Positions 21,112 through 32,233 of a stretch of 64,000 nt of DNA are shown piece after piece. This DNA comes from Burkholderiales bacterium. GTDB taxonomy: Bacteria > Pseudomonadota > Gammaproteobacteria > Burkholderiales > SG8-39. Both the position numbers and the translations under genes were made by a program. The DNA lies in the NCBI GenBank assembly GCA_035454685.1, contig DATIGN010000127.1:56269-120268 (forward strand). The letters run 5' to 3'. How positions within the stretch are numbered: the first letter of the stretch is position 1; each line of letters opens with the position of its first letter. Below the pieces are notes generated by a model that saw only the letters and a list, made by a program, of their open reading frames with translations, was not told the DNA's origin and did not search any database.

Positions 21112-22815
21112 TCAGAGCGCCTTGGCGCGTTCGCGCAGGACGTACTTCTGGATCTTGCCGGTGGCCGTCGTCGGCACTGGGCCGAACACCACCTTCTTCG
21201 GGATCTTGAAGCGCGCCAGGTTCTCCCGGCACCAGTCGAGGTAGTCCTGCTCGGTGGCGCTGGCACCCGGCTTGAGCTGCACGAAGGCGCACGGCGTCTC
21301 GCCCCACTTCTCGTCCGGCCGCGCCACCACGGCGGCGAGCTGCGTTGCCGGGTGCTTGTAAAGCGCGATCTCCACTTCGACCGAGGAGATATTCTCGCCT
21401 CCCGAAATGATGATGTCCTTCTTTCGGTCTTTGATCTCGACATAGTTGCTCGGGTGCCACACCGCGAGGTCGCCGGTGTGCATCCAGCCTCCCTCGAACG
21501 CCTCCGCGGTGGCTTTGCCGTCCTTCAGGTAGCCGAGCATTACGGTATTGCCGCGCACCAGGATCTCGCCGATCGACTTTCCGTCCTTCGGCACCGGCTT
21601 GCAGGTCTTCGGATCGGCGACGATGTGGCCTTCGACAACCGGGTAGCGAACGCCTTGACGGGCCATATGGTTCGCTCTTTCTTCCAGGGAAAGATTGCCC
21701 CACTCATCCTGAGATGCACAGAAGGTGGAAGGCCCCTGGAGCTCGGTCATGCCGTAGATGTGCAGCACCTGGAAGCCGAGCTCCTCCATCGCCTTGATGA
21801 CCTTTGCCGGCGGCGGCGAGCCGCCGGTCTGGATGTGCACCGGGTGTGGGAACCTGCGCCGCTCCTCTTCCGGCGCGGCGATCAGCATGCCGAGCACGGT
21901 GGGCGCTCCGCACATGTGAGTGACGCCGTGCTCGACGATGAGCTCGAAGATGTGCCGGGGCTCGACCGCGCGCAGGCAGACATGGGTTCCGGCCATGGCG
22001 GTGACCGACCACGGGAAGCACCAGCCGTTGCAGTGGAACATGGGTAACGTCCAGAGGTACACGGGATTCGCTGGCATGGCCCACGCCATCACGTTGCCGC
22101 AGGCCTCCACGAACGTGCCGCGGTGGTGATAGACCACGCCTTTCGGCCGGCCCGTGGTTCCGGAGGTGTAATTGAGCGCTATCGGATCAGATTCGGACTC
22201 GGGAAGCGACCAGGGAAAGTCCGCATTTCCCGCCGCAATGAATTTTTCATACTCGATTTTGCCGAGCAGCTCGCCAGGGCCGGTGTATTGCGGGTCGTCG
22301 ACATCGACCACCAGCGGCTTTTTCCTGAGCTTTGACAGCGCCGGCCCGGTCACGGCCGCGAATACGCGGTCGGTAATGAAGACTTTGGCCTCGGCGTGCT
22401 CGAGTATGTAGGCGACCGTGTCGGCGTCGAGGCGCGTGTTAATGGTGTTGAGCACCGCCCCCAGCATCGGCACGCCATAGTGCACCTCGAGCATGGCCGG
22501 AATGTTCGGCAGCATTGCCGAGACGACGTCGCCCCGCTTCACTCCGGCTTTCTGCAACGCAGAGGCAAGGCGCCGCGCCCGCTCGAAAAGTTCCTTGTAA
22601 GTGAAACGGGTGCCGCCATGGAGGATGGCGGTCCGCTCGGGGTAGATCTCCGCTGCGCGGGGCAGGAAGACGATCGGCGAAAGCGCAGTGTAGTTGGCCG
22701 GACCCGGCTGCAGCGCCGCCCACATGGAAACAGCTTTCGACGGCGACTTCCGCGCTGCAGCAACCTTTTTTCTCAAACGGGCGCGACGGGCGTGTCGGCT
22801 CGCTCGCTTTGCCAT
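21112..22815 (-). CDS. AMP-forming acyl-CoA synthetase (medium-chain type)
   Basis: AMP-binding motifs YTSGTTGRPKGV and GWMHTGDLA. ATG 22815 has a strong GGAGGGAG SD. The alternative ATG at 22725 lacks one. Confidence 0.85.
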   Translation of the reverse strand: MAKRASRHARRARLRKKVAAARKSPSKAVSMWAALQPGPANYTALSPIVFLPRAAEIYPERTAILHGGTRFTYKELFERARRLASALQKAGVKRGDVVSAMLPNIPAMLEVHYGVPMLGAVLNTINTRLDADTVAYILEHAEAKVFITDRVFAAVTGPALSKLRKKPLVVDVDDPQYTGPGELLGKIEYEKFIAAGNADFPWSLPESESDPIALNYTSGTTGRPKGVVYHHRGTFVEACGNVMAWAMPANPVYLWTLPMFHCNGWCFPWSVTAMAGTHVCLRAVEPRHIFELIVEHGVTHMCGAPTVLGMLIAAPEEERRRFPHPVHIQTGGSPPPAKVIKAMEELGFQVLHIYGMTELQGPSTFCASQDEWGNLSLEERANHMARQGVRYPVVEGHIVADPKTCKPVPKDGKSIGEILVRGNTVMLGYLKDGKATAEAFEGGWMHTGDLAVWHPSNYVEIKDRKKDIIISGGENISSVEVEIALYKHPATQLAAVVARPDEKWGETPCAFVQLKPGASATEQDYLDWCRENLARFKIPKKVVFGPVPTTATGKIQKYVLRERAKAL

Positions 22816-22888
22816 GACTCCCTCCTCGTTCTACACTCGCTTCGGGTCTGCGGAAATCTACCAGACAGTCCACACGAGGAGGAGTCTC

Positions 22889-24079
22889 ATGAAGAAGCTT
22901 GCTTTGGCGGTCGCTGCCGCTTTTGCGGTCACCGCGTATACCGGCGCGGCGTTCACGCAAGAAAAGACGGTGCGTATTACCGGGTTCGGTGCGAAATCCG
23001 GCGTGGTGCGCTCGTTCGGGATCAACAGCGAGGCGGCGATGCTCGCCGCGGCCGACATGATCAACAAGCAGGGCGGCGTGAAGCTCGCCGACGGGTCCAA
23101 GGCGAAGATGGTGGTCGATTTCCTCGACGACCGCTGCACGGCAGAGGAAGGCATCTCGGTCCTGCGCCGCATCTACGGCACCGACGCGCTGGTCGCGGTC
23201 GGACCGACCTGTTCCAACGTGGCGGAGCCGCTCTTCGGCATCCTGCAGAAGAAGGTCGGCGACTCCGGTGACTCCGGGCTGCAGATGCCGGTGTTCACCG
23301 ACGTCGCGATCAAGGTGGGGCTCGCGAAGATCTCGGAGTGGGCGTTCCGCAACGTGCCCAACGAGACCATCATGTACAACTCGCTCTTCTACTGGCTGAA
23401 GACGAAACACCCGAACACCCAGACCGTGTACGGCGGCGTGGAAGAGGATTTCGCGCATTCGCGCGCCTCGTGGTACGCGGTCATGAAGGACCGCGCCGAG
23501 ATCAACGGCTACAAGGTCCTCGGCAACTCGAAGTGGCTCCTGAACGACACCAATTTCGCCACCCAGGTACGCGAGATGAAGGCCGCCAACGCCGACATCG
23601 TCGCGATCGCGGCGCATCCCTTCACGACCTGCGGCGTGCTGAAGGAGATGCAGCGCCAGGGCGTGAAGCCGAAGGTGCTGGTCGGGCTGACGAGCTCCTC
23701 GAGCCTCGAGACCCTGCAGGGCTGCGCCAAGCAGGCCGAAGGGATGATCATCCCGACCTCGTTCGCGCCGGTCACCAAGGAAGGCAAGCAGGCGGCCGAG
23801 ATCACCGCCAAGTTCAAGGGCGCGGCCGATCTCCACTCCATGGCGGCCTGGGAGAACATGTTCATCCTGAAGCAGGTGATGGAGTCCGAGAAGATCTCGG
23901 GCGACAAGAGCCAGCTCCAGGCCGACCGCCGCAAGGTCCGCGACGGCCTCGCCAAGCTGAAGGAGACGAAGGGCCTTCTGGGGGTGACCAAGCGCACCGA
24001 CGATCGCGAGGCGGACAAGCCGTACCTCTTCGTCCACGCGAACAAGGGCGAGTGGAAGGTGCTGCATAACCCCTTGTAG
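22889..24079 (+). CDS. LIV-type ABC substrate-binding protein
   Basis: ATG 22889 follows GAGGAGGAG. Signal peptide MKKLALAVAAAFAVTAYTGAAFT. Type 1 PBP. Confidence 0.9.
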   Translation: MKKLALAVAAAFAVTAYTGAAFTQEKTVRITGFGAKSGVVRSFGINSEAAMLAAADMINKQGGVKLADGSKAKMVVDFLDDRCTAEEGISVLRRIYGTDALVAVGPTCSNVAEPLFGILQKKVGDSGDSGLQMPVFTDVAIKVGLAKISEWAFRNVPNETIMYNSLFYWLKTKHPNTQTVYGGVEEDFAHSRASWYAVMKDRAEINGYKVLGNSKWLLNDTNFATQVREMKAANADIVAIAAHPFTTCGVLKEMQRQGVKPKVLVGLTSSSSLETLQGCAKQAEGMIIPTSFAPVTKEGKQAAEITAKFKGAADLHSMAAWENMFILKQVMESEKISGDKSQLQADRRKVRDGLAKLKETKGLLGVTKRTDDREADKPYLFVHANKGEWKVLHNPL

Positions 24080-24085
24080 GGGTTC

Positions 24086-24949
24086 TTGCTCGACTTCCTC
24101 CAGGCCGTCTCCGACGGCTTACTGTTCGGCGCGACCTATGCGCTGATCGGTATCGGCTTCACGCTGGTGTTCGGCGTGATGCACAAGCTGAACCTCGCGT
24201 ACGCCGCGGCCTCCATCGGCGCGGCGTACGCCGGGCTGCTCATCCTGCAGGTAAGCCCCGGCGCGCCGGCCTGGATCGTCTTCCTGTGCGCGTTCCTCGC
24301 AGGCGGCGTTGTGGGCTGGCTCGTGTACCTCACCTGCTTCCACTTCATCCCGCTTTCGAATCCGCTGGCGCCGCTGATGGCGACCGTCGGCATGCTGCTC
24401 CTGATCGATGAGATCGTCGTGCACGCCACGGCCGGCATGCCGCAGAACTATCCCGCGATGTTCGACGACGTGATGCTGAGGATCGGGGAGTTCACGTTGC
24501 GCGGCGACCTGCTCCTGGTGGCCGGGATCTCGGTGCTTTGCATGGTCGGGCTTCTCGCCCTGCTCTACCGGACGCGCCTCGGGCTCGCCACGCGAGCGGT
24601 TTCTCAGCAGGCGGTCGCCTCGCAGCTCTGCGGCATCCACGTCGGCCGGGTGAACGGCACGACGTTCGTGATTACCGGGCTCCTCGGCGGGATCGCCGGC
24701 GCGCTCATCGGCGCGTCCGTGGGCGCGCTGTCGCCGCTTCTTACCGCGCCGCTCACGGTGAAAGGGCTGATCGTCACGGTGATCGGCGGGCTCGGCAGCA
24801 TCCCGGGCGCGATCATCGCCGGGCTTCTGGTCGGCGCGTTCGAGAACGTGTTCCAGCAGTTCCGCGGCGTCACGGAGAGGGACCTTTACGTGATGCTCCT
24901 GCTCTTTGCGTTCCTTGTCTTCCGCCCTTCCGGCCTGTTCAGGAACTGA
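24086..24949 (+). CDS. LivH-type ABC permease
   Basis: 287 aa, with the typical N-terminus LLFGATYALIGIGFTLVFGV. Confidence 0.9.
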   Translation: MLDFLQAVSDGLLFGATYALIGIGFTLVFGVMHKLNLAYAAASIGAAYAGLLILQVSPGAPAWIVFLCAFLAGGVVGWLVYLTCFHFIPLSNPLAPLMATVGMLLLIDEIVVHATAGMPQNYPAMFDDVMLRIGEFTLRGDLLLVAGISVLCMVGLLALLYRTRLGLATRAVSQQAVASQLCGIHVGRVNGTTFVITGLLGGIAGALIGASVGALSPLLTAPLTVKGLIVTVIGGLGSIPGAIIAGLLVGAFENVFQQFRGVTERDLYVMLLLFAFLVFRPSGLFRN

Positions 24950-25812
24950 TGGACTTCTACTACGGGCTGGCGCAGACGGTAGGGATCCACACGCTCCTTG
25001 GCCTGTCCGCGTACATCGTCCTCCTTACCGGCCAGGTCACCATGGCGCAGGCCGCGTTCTTCGCGGTCGGCGCGTACACCGCCGGCATGCTCACCGTCCT
25101 TGGCGGATGGCCGATCGTGCCCGCGCTCGGCGCGGGCGCGGTCCTCGGAGCGGCGACGGCGTGCGCGGTGGGATTCCCGGCGCTGCGCGTCAAGGGGCTG
25201 ATGCTGGTAGTGGCGACGCTCGCTTTCGGCGAGGGTGTACGCCTTTTCTTCTTCAATTTCGACTATCAAGTCGCAAAGGGCGACATCAAAGTCGGTCCGC
25301 TCGGCGGTGAAGGCTTCCGCCAGATCCGCTACTTCCAGGAGAACGGCTGGACCACCGGCGAAGTGATGGTCTTCATCTGGTTCTTCGTCGTGGCTGCGAT
25401 GGCGGCGCTGTGGTGGTTCGATCGCTCGCGCTACGGCGCCGTGCTGCGCGCCGTGGGCGAGGACGAGCTTGCGGCCCAGTCGGTAGGCGTCAACCTCACC
25501 GCGGTCAAGGTGAGCGCGATGACCGTGGGCGGCGCGATTGCCGGAATCGGCGGCGGGCTCTACGCCCACTACACGACGCACATCGAGCACGCGAACTTCA
25601 ACGTGCTGCTCGCCACCTTCGCGATCGCTTACCCGATCGTCGGCGGGCTGAGGAACGTGTTCGGCACCCTTGCCGCGGTGATCTTCGTGCAGGCCTTCCT
25701 GATCGAGGGCCTGCGCTTTCTCGGCGACTGGCGCAACCTGCTCTTCGGCGCGCTCATCGTGGCGGCGATGAACCTGCGCCCGTACGGCTTCCTCGGAGGC
25801 CGCCGTGCTTGA
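24949..25812 (+). CDS. LivM-type ABC permease
   Basis: ATG overlaps the upstream TGA (TGATG). MDFYYGLAQTVGIHTLLGLSAYIVLLTGQVTMAQAAFFAVGAY. Confidence 0.9.
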   Translation: MDFYYGLAQTVGIHTLLGLSAYIVLLTGQVTMAQAAFFAVGAYTAGMLTVLGGWPIVPALGAGAVLGAATACAVGFPALRVKGLMLVVATLAFGEGVRLFFFNFDYQVAKGDIKVGPLGGEGFRQIRYFQENGWTTGEVMVFIWFFVVAAMAALWWFDRSRYGAVLRAVGEDELAAQSVGVNLTAVKVSAMTVGGAIAGIGGGLYAHYTTHIEHANFNVLLATFAIAYPIVGGLRNVFGTLAAVIFVQAFLIEGLRFLGDWRNLLFGALIVAAMNLRPYGFLGGRRA

Positions 25813-26547
25813 GCTTCAGGGACTCTCGCGCCACTTCGGCGGCGTGAAAGCGATCGACGGCCTTGACCTGATCGTGCGCAAAGGCGAGATCGTCGGCCTG
25901 ATCGGCCCGAACGGTTCCGGCAAGAGCACCACGGTCAACGTCATTGCCGGGGTTTTCCCGCCCACTTCCGGCGAAATTCGATTCGAGGGGGAAAACTTCG
26001 AGGGGCTTCCCACTCACAAGCGGCTGCAGCACGGCATCGCGCGCACGTTCCAGAACATCCGGCTCTTCGGCCAGCTCTCGGTCTGGCAGAACCTCTGGGT
26101 GGCGCAGAATGCGCCCGAGGAGCGCGCGCGCCGCGGCTTCCTCTCCCGCTGGCTCGGCGGCCAGGGTCGGGTGCGCGCCGAGATCCGCGAGCTGCTCGAG
26201 TTCAGCGGCCTCGCACACAAGCAAGACGAGCTTGCGGCGAACCTCGCCTTCGGCGAGCAGCGCAGGCTGGAGCTCGCGCGGGCGCTCGCCGCGAGGCCGA
26301 AGCTGCTCCTCCTGGACGAGCCGGCAGCCGGGATGAACAGCGAGGAGATCGGCCAGCTGCGCGAGCGCATCCTGAAGCTGCGCGCGCAGGGCATCACCAT
26401 CGTGCTGATCGAGCACGTGATGGAGCTGGTGATGGGCGTCACCGACCGCATCGCGGTGCTCAACTTCGGCCAGAAAATCGCCGAGGGCACTCCGGCCGAG
26501 ATCCAGGCCGATCCGCTAGTGCGCAAAGCCTACCTGGGTGGCATCTG

Positions 26548-26548
<1 letters not shown>
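25805..26548 (+). CDS. LivG-type ABC ATP-binding protein
   Basis: GPNGSGKST, LAFGEQRRLELARAL, LLLLDEPAAGM. Confidence 0.92.
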
Positions 26549-27251
<703 letters not shown>

Positions 27252-27255
<4 letters not shown>

Positions 27256-28118
27256 TCGATCTCATCCAGAACACCCTCGACGGGCTGTCCGCCGGGGCTT
27301 CATACGCGCTCCTCGGCGTAGGTTTCACCCTGATCTTCGGCGTTCTGCGGCGCGCGAACCTGTCCTACGGGCCGGCGATCATGCTCGGTGTGTACCTCGC
27401 CACGTGGGCCAGCTTCAGCTTTCATAGCCTGGTCTTGCTGGCCGTAATTGCGGTGGCCGGCACCATGCTCACCGGCGCCTATGTCGAGAGACTGTGCTTC
27501 GCGCCCCACCGCCGCGGCCCGGCGGTGGCCGCCATGGCGGCGAGCTTCGCCATCTGGATGCAGCTCGAGGAGGCTGCAACGCTGCTCCTTCCGCGGCACC
27601 TCTATTCCTTCCCTGCGCTGTACGAAGGCGCAGCGCTCGCCCTGGGTCCTTTCACGCTGCGCGTTGAGTCGCTTGTCATGCTGGCGGCCGCGGTCGCCGT
27701 CTGCTTCCTCCTCTGGAAGATGCTCTACGCGACGCGCTTCGGCATAGCCGTGCGAGCGGTGATCGACGATCCGCGCGCGGCGGAGCTGGCGGGCATCAAC
27801 GTCGGCGGGGTGTCGCTCGGCATCTTCGCCCTCGCCTCCGCGATCGGCGGACTGACCGGGTTTCTGATCGTCGCGAGCCATGAGCAGGTGACGCCGATGC
27901 TCGGCATGTGGTCCACTCTGAAAGGATTGCTCGCCATGATGCTCGGGGGCCTCGGCTCGCTGCCGGGCGCGGTCGCCGGCGGGCTGGCGCTCGGCCTGCT
28001 CGAGGCGCACAGCCAGTGGTACCTCGGCCCGCAGTTCCGCGACTTCATCGCCTATCTCCTGCTTTTCGCCCTGCTTGCCGTGAGGCCACCGTGGATGAAT
28101 ACGCGATCGGCGTATTGA
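27252..28118 (+). CDS. Second LivH-type ABC permease
   Basis: 288 aa, ASYALLGVGFTLIFGV. 4-nt overlap with livF. Confidence 0.85.
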
Positions 28119-28975
28119 CGAACATCGGCCTGCTCTCGTTCGTCGCCGCGTCGGCCTACCTGTTGCTCATCGCGGGCGAGCTTTCGTTCGGCCAGCAAGG
28201 ATTTTTCGGTGTCGGCGCCTACGCCGCGGGTATTGCCACCGCGATGCTGAGCCTGCCACTTTTTGCAGGAATTCTTGTAGCCATCCTTGCCGGCGCGGCC
28301 GCAGCGGCGCTCGTCGGCGCGACCACGCTGCGGCTGCGGGGGCTGCATTTCGCCATGGCCACCCTCGCCGCAGCCGAGATGCTGCGCATCCTGTTCGAGC
28401 TCTTCCATTGGCAGGTTGAAGTCGGCGGCGAGCGCGTGGGCCCCGACGGCACGCAGGGCTTCCGCGGCATCCGCTGGGTGTTCGAGCGCGGGCTCGAGCC
28501 GCTCGAATTCATGCTCATGGTCTATGGCATGCTTGCGCTCGTGGTGCTCGCTTTCCTCTTCCTCGAGCGCTCAAAGCTCGGCGCCTCGATCCGAGCCCTC
28601 GGCCAGGACCCCGACCTTGCCGGTATGCTTGGCATCGATGTCGTGCGTCTCAAGCTCGGGGTCGCGGCCGCCGCGGGCGCCCTCGCCGCGCTCGGCGGCG
28701 CGCTCTTCGCGCACCACAATACCTACATCGAGCCGCGCAACTTCGACATCATGCTCGGCGTGCACAGCCTGGCCTACGCGCTCATCGGCGGCCTCGGCAC
28801 GGTGTTCGGGCCGCTCCTCGGCGTGGCGCTCGACCTCGGCTTGCTCGAGGGCACGCGATTCTTCCAGGGCTATCGCATGATTGTCTTCGGCGGGCTGGTC
28901 GCCCTGCTCCTCGCCTGGCGCCCGCGCGGTCTGCTCGACGAGCAGGCAGTGCATTGGCTAAGGACGCGGCCATGA
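28091..28975 (+). CDS. Second LivM-type ABC permease
   Basis: GTG start at 28091, in frame with track ORF 27908. GELSFGQQGFFGVGAYAAG. Confidence 0.8.
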   Translation: MDEYAIGVLTNIGLLSFVAASAYLLLIAGELSFGQQGFFGVGAYAAGIATAMLSLPLFAGILVAILAGAAAAALVGATTLRLRGLHFAMATLAAAEMLRILFELFHWQVEVGGERVGPDGTQGFRGIRWVFERGLEPLEFMLMVYGMLALVVLAFLFLERSKLGASIRALGQDPDLAGMLGIDVVRLKLGVAAAAGALAALGGALFAHHNTYIEPRNFDIMLGVHSLAYALIGGLGTVFGPLLGVALDLGLLEGTRFFQGYRMIVFGGLVALLLAWRPRGLLDEQAVHWLRTRP

Positions 28976-29343
28976 GATGGTCGGCGCTTTTTCTGGTTCT
29001 GGTCTGCGCGCAAGCCTCGGCCCAAGAAGTGAATGGCAAGCTCGATTGCAAGTACACCGGCACCGACTTCGTCTATGACTGCAGGATCACGCTCGAGCGT
29101 GGGGGCCAGCCGCTTTCTGGAGCGCAAGTCACCGTCGGCGCTGACATGCCGTCGATGCCGATGGCCCATAACATCAAGTCTGTCAAGGCAAAGCCGACCA
29201 GCATGCCCGGCGAGTACCAGGCACGGCTTGACCTCGAAATGACGGGAGAATGGGCGGTCAAGCTGCGCATCGCCGGCCCTGTGCGCGACCAGCTTGTCCT
29301 TCACTACGTCTTCACAGAAACCGGCACTGCTCCTCGAAAGTGA
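28972..29343 (+). CDS. Secreted YtkA/FixH-like domain protein
   Basis: ATGA overlap with the permease stop. Signal peptide MRWSALFLVLVCAQASA. Met-rich DMPSMPMAHN and PGEYQARLDLEMTGEWAVKL resemble the YtkA-like fold signature. Confidence 0.6.
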   Translation: MRWSALFLVLVCAQASAQEVNGKLDCKYTGTDFVYDCRITLERGGQPLSGAQVTVGADMPSMPMAHNIKSVKAKPTSMPGEYQARLDLEMTGEWAVKLRIAGPVRDQLVLHYVFTETGTAPRK

Positions 29344-29890
29344 AGCGCGGGTTGCGCGGCGGCAGGCCTTCGCCGGTGCCGTAGCCGATGTTGATGAGGA
29401 AGTTGGATTTCAGCCGTCCGTCCGGGAAAAAGGCGGCGTCCACCTTGGCGTTGTCGAAGCCGGACATCGCGCCGCAGTCGAGGCCCACCGCGCGCAGCGC
29501 GATGATGAGGTAGGCACCTTGCAGGCTCGAGTTGCGGAACGCATTCGGCTCGGCGACGTTGGGCTTGTTGTACCAGTTGATCGCATCGGGGTTGTGATAC
29601 AGGCGCGGCAGGTGCTCGTAGAAGCGCGTGTCGTAGGCGACGAGCGCAACGAGGGGCGCCTTCATTGTCTTCTCCACGTTGACCGCGGAAAGCGCCGGGC
29701 GCAGCTTCTCGCGCGAGTCCTTCGAGTACAGGTAGAAGATGCGCGCGGGCTGGCTGTTCGCCGTGGTCGGCCCCCATTTCATGATCTCGTGCGCGGCGCG
29801 CAGCAGCACCGGGTCCACCGGCCGGTCGTGAAACTTTCCGTGCGAACGCGCTTCGCGCAGGATCAGGTCGAGCGTTTTTTCGTCAGCCAT
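29312..29890 (-). CDS. RutE-family nitroreductase (malonic semialdehyde reductase-like)
   Basis: Collinear by eye with E. coli RutE (MKWGPTTANSQPARI...FRNSSLQGAYLIIALRAVGLDCGAMSGFD...NIGYG). Start at the internal ATG (MADEKTLD). Confidence 0.85.
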   Translation of the reverse strand: MADEKTLDLILREARSHGKFHDRPVDPVLLRAAHEIMKWGPTTANSQPARIFYLYSKDSREKLRPALSAVNVEKTMKAPLVALVAYDTRFYEHLPRLYHNPDAINWYNKPNVAEPNAFRNSSLQGAYLIIALRAVGLDCGAMSGFDNAKVDAAFFPDGRLKSNFLINIGYGTGEGLPPRNPRFTFEEQCRFL

Positions 29891-29900
29891 AATCGCCCCC

Positions 29901-31052
29901 GTGGTGGACCTCTCTAGTGTAATTCGCCCGCGAGACGCGATCATGTGGGGCCAGGCCTGTGCCGAGCCGCAGACGCTCGTCGAAGCGCTCGTCGCCCAAC
30001 GCGCGAACCTCGGTGCAGTGGGGTGCTTCCTCGGCTCGAGCTACTCGGGGATCGTCAAGCGGGAGCACGCGGACCACCTGCGGCTTGCCTCCTACTGCGG
30101 TACGGGCACCAACCGCGCGCTGGCCGATGCCGGCGTGCTCGAGATCCTGCCGGTGCCTTACTCGCAGCTCGGGCCGCTCATCCGCGACGGGAAAATACGC
30201 TGCGACGTGCTCATGCTCCAGGTGAGCCCGCCGAACGCGCGCGGCGAATATAGCCTCGGCCTCGCCGCCGACTACCTGGTGCCCGCAATCGACGTCTGCC
30301 GGGCGATCGTCGCCGAGGTGAACGAGCAGGTTCCGTGGACGCATACCGAGCGCTTGCTGGCAAAGGGAGATTTCGACCTTCTGGCGAATAGCTCCAGACC
30401 ACCCGCCATGCCGCAGGTACGGCCGCCGGCCGGGCTTGAGCGGGCCATTGCTCGCAACGCGGCGGATTTCGTGCCGCACGGGGCGGTGCTGGAGTTCGGC
30501 ATCGGCAGCCTGCCCGACGCGGTCTGCGCCGAGCTCGGTCGGCATGAAGGCTTGCGTGTGCACTCAGGCACCGTCGGCGACGGGGTCGTCGAGCTCGCCG
30601 AGCGCAAGGTGGTCACCCAGGTCGACGCCGCGATGTTGATCGGGTCGAGGCTACTGTTCGACTTCGCGCACTACAACGAGCGCGTGCGCCTTTACAGCAG
30701 CGAGTACACCCACAACGCCGGGGTCCTTTCCCGCCAGCCCTCCTTCGTCGCCATCAACGCCGCCGTCGAAGTGGACCTGACGGGTCAGATCAACGGCGAG
30801 TACGCCGGGACGAGCTACGTCGGCGCGGTAGGAGGGGCGCTCGATTTCGCTCGCGCAGCCAGCCAGTCGCCGGGCGGAGCGTCGATCATCGTGATTCCCA
30901 GCGCGCGGATCGTGGAGCGGCTGTCCGCCCCCGTCTCGGTCCCGCGCAGCGAAGCGGGTGTCGTGGTCACCGAGAAAGGCGCGGCCGACCTGCGCGGCTG
31001 CAGCCTGCGCGAGCGTGAACGGCGCATGCGTGCAATCAGCGGAAATTCCTGA
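29901..31052 (+). CDS. Acetyl-CoA hydrolase/transferase family protein
   Basis: 383 aa, GTG start. Family-typical blocks (VLEFGIGSLPDAV, INAAVEVDLTGQINGE, GGALDFARAA). Confidence 0.75.
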   Translation: MVDLSSVIRPRDAIMWGQACAEPQTLVEALVAQRANLGAVGCFLGSSYSGIVKREHADHLRLASYCGTGTNRALADAGVLEILPVPYSQLGPLIRDGKIRCDVLMLQVSPPNARGEYSLGLAADYLVPAIDVCRAIVAEVNEQVPWTHTERLLAKGDFDLLANSSRPPAMPQVRPPAGLERAIARNAADFVPHGAVLEFGIGSLPDAVCAELGRHEGLRVHSGTVGDGVVELAERKVVTQVDAAMLIGSRLLFDFAHYNERVRLYSSEYTHNAGVLSRQPSFVAINAAVEVDLTGQINGEYAGTSYVGAVGGALDFARAASQSPGGASIIVIPSARIVERLSAPVSVPRSEAGVVVTEKGAADLRGCSLRERERRMRAISGNS

Positions 31053-32193
31053 GCGCCGGCACGGTCCAGAATGGCATGGCTGCGACGGCGATCAGCACGA
31101 GCGCCATTGCGAGGCCGGCGCGATACCCGCCCGTCAGATCGTGCAGCAGGCCGCCCGCGAATGAACCCAGCGCCGCGCCAACGGCGTTGCTGGCATAGAT
31201 AAGGCCGTAGATCGTGGCCACCCGAGGGCCCGCGAAATAGCGGGCGCAGACCGACGACACGATAGGTCCCCGTACCCCCATGCATAGGCCGAAGACTGCG
31301 ACGAACACCGCGAGCAATATCGTCAAAGGGTACGCCGTGATCGCAAGCAGGGTCAGCATGCCGGCTGCCGTGCCGGCAAAGCTTGCGGTGACCGTCTGCC
31401 GGTAGCCGAAGCGCTCGGACGCGAAGCCGCTGCCCATCACACTCGCCGCGGATAGAAGCCCAACGATGCCGAACGCGGTGGCGGCGCTGAGGGGTGGGAA
31501 GCCGGCATCGACCAGAAACGCCACGAGCTGCACCACGATGGAGAACATGGCGGCCGCGGTGCAGCCGAAAACCTGAACGAGGCCCCAGAACACCGGCGTG
31601 CGTACGGCCGTAGCGAGCGTCCAGCCCGCCCCGTGTTTTCCTTTTGCCTGTGGGCGGGAGGCCGGGTGTCCCGCGGCAAACCTGCGCCAGGGTAGCCCGA
31701 TCACCACCACGGGCGCAGCAAGCAGTAGCGCAAGACCCATGAATCGATAGGTCGCGCGCCAGTCGAACGCTCCGACCAGATACTGGACGAGCGGCACGAA
31801 AAGCACGGTACCCACGCCAAAGGCCGAGTACGCGATCCCTATGGCGCTCGAGAGCCGCTCGCGGTACCAGCGACCGAGGAGCGCGGACGCGGGAACCATG
31901 CCATTCATGCTGACGCCGATGCCGACCAGCACGCCGATGAAGAGATAGAACTGCCACAGCACGGTGAGCCCGCTCGCGAGGAAGAACGCCGCGCCGAGGC
32001 TTGCCATCCCGGTGCCGTAGACCCAGCGCGGCCCAAACCGGTCGAAGATGAGCCCCACGAACGGCGCGGTGCAGCCGTTCACCAGGAGGTAGATCGAATA
32101 GACGCTCGTCAACTGCGAGCGGGTCCAGCCGAAATCGCGCTCGAGCGGGAGCAGGAATACCGCGTAGGTGTCGCCCAGGCCCCGCCCGAACAT
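31036..32193 (-). CDS. MFS transporter; the N-terminus is probably longer than listed
   Basis: About 11 TM segments follow the listed ATG. A TM1-like segment is encoded in frame upstream without a canonical start; see findings. Confidence 0.8.
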   Translation of the reverse strand: MFGRGLGDTYAVFLLPLERDFGWTRSQLTSVYSIYLLVNGCTAPFVGLIFDRFGPRWVYGTGMASLGAAFFLASGLTVLWQFYLFIGVLVGIGVSMNGMVPASALLGRWYRERLSSAIGIAYSAFGVGTVLFVPLVQYLVGAFDWRATYRFMGLALLLAAPVVVIGLPWRRFAAGHPASRPQAKGKHGAGWTLATAVRTPVFWGLVQVFGCTAAAMFSIVVQLVAFLVDAGFPPLSAATAFGIVGLLSAASVMGSGFASERFGYRQTVTASFAGTAAGMLTLLAITAYPLTILLAVFVAVFGLCMGVRGPIVSSVCARYFAGPRVATIYGLIYASNAVGAALGSFAGGLLHDLTGGYRAGLAMALVLIAVAAMPFWTVPALRNFR

Positions 32194-32233
32194 GTTCAGG
32201 ACGAAGCAGGCCGCGAGGACGGCGGCCGCGGTA

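Noticed and set aside
22805-22892. Inverted repeat GACTCCCTCCTCG ... CGAGGAGGAGTC in the acyl-CoA synthetase/SBP divergent spacer.
   Set aside because: The two arms are simply the Shine-Dalgarno regions of two divergent genes. They are never on the same transcript, so no hairpin or operator needs to be invoked.
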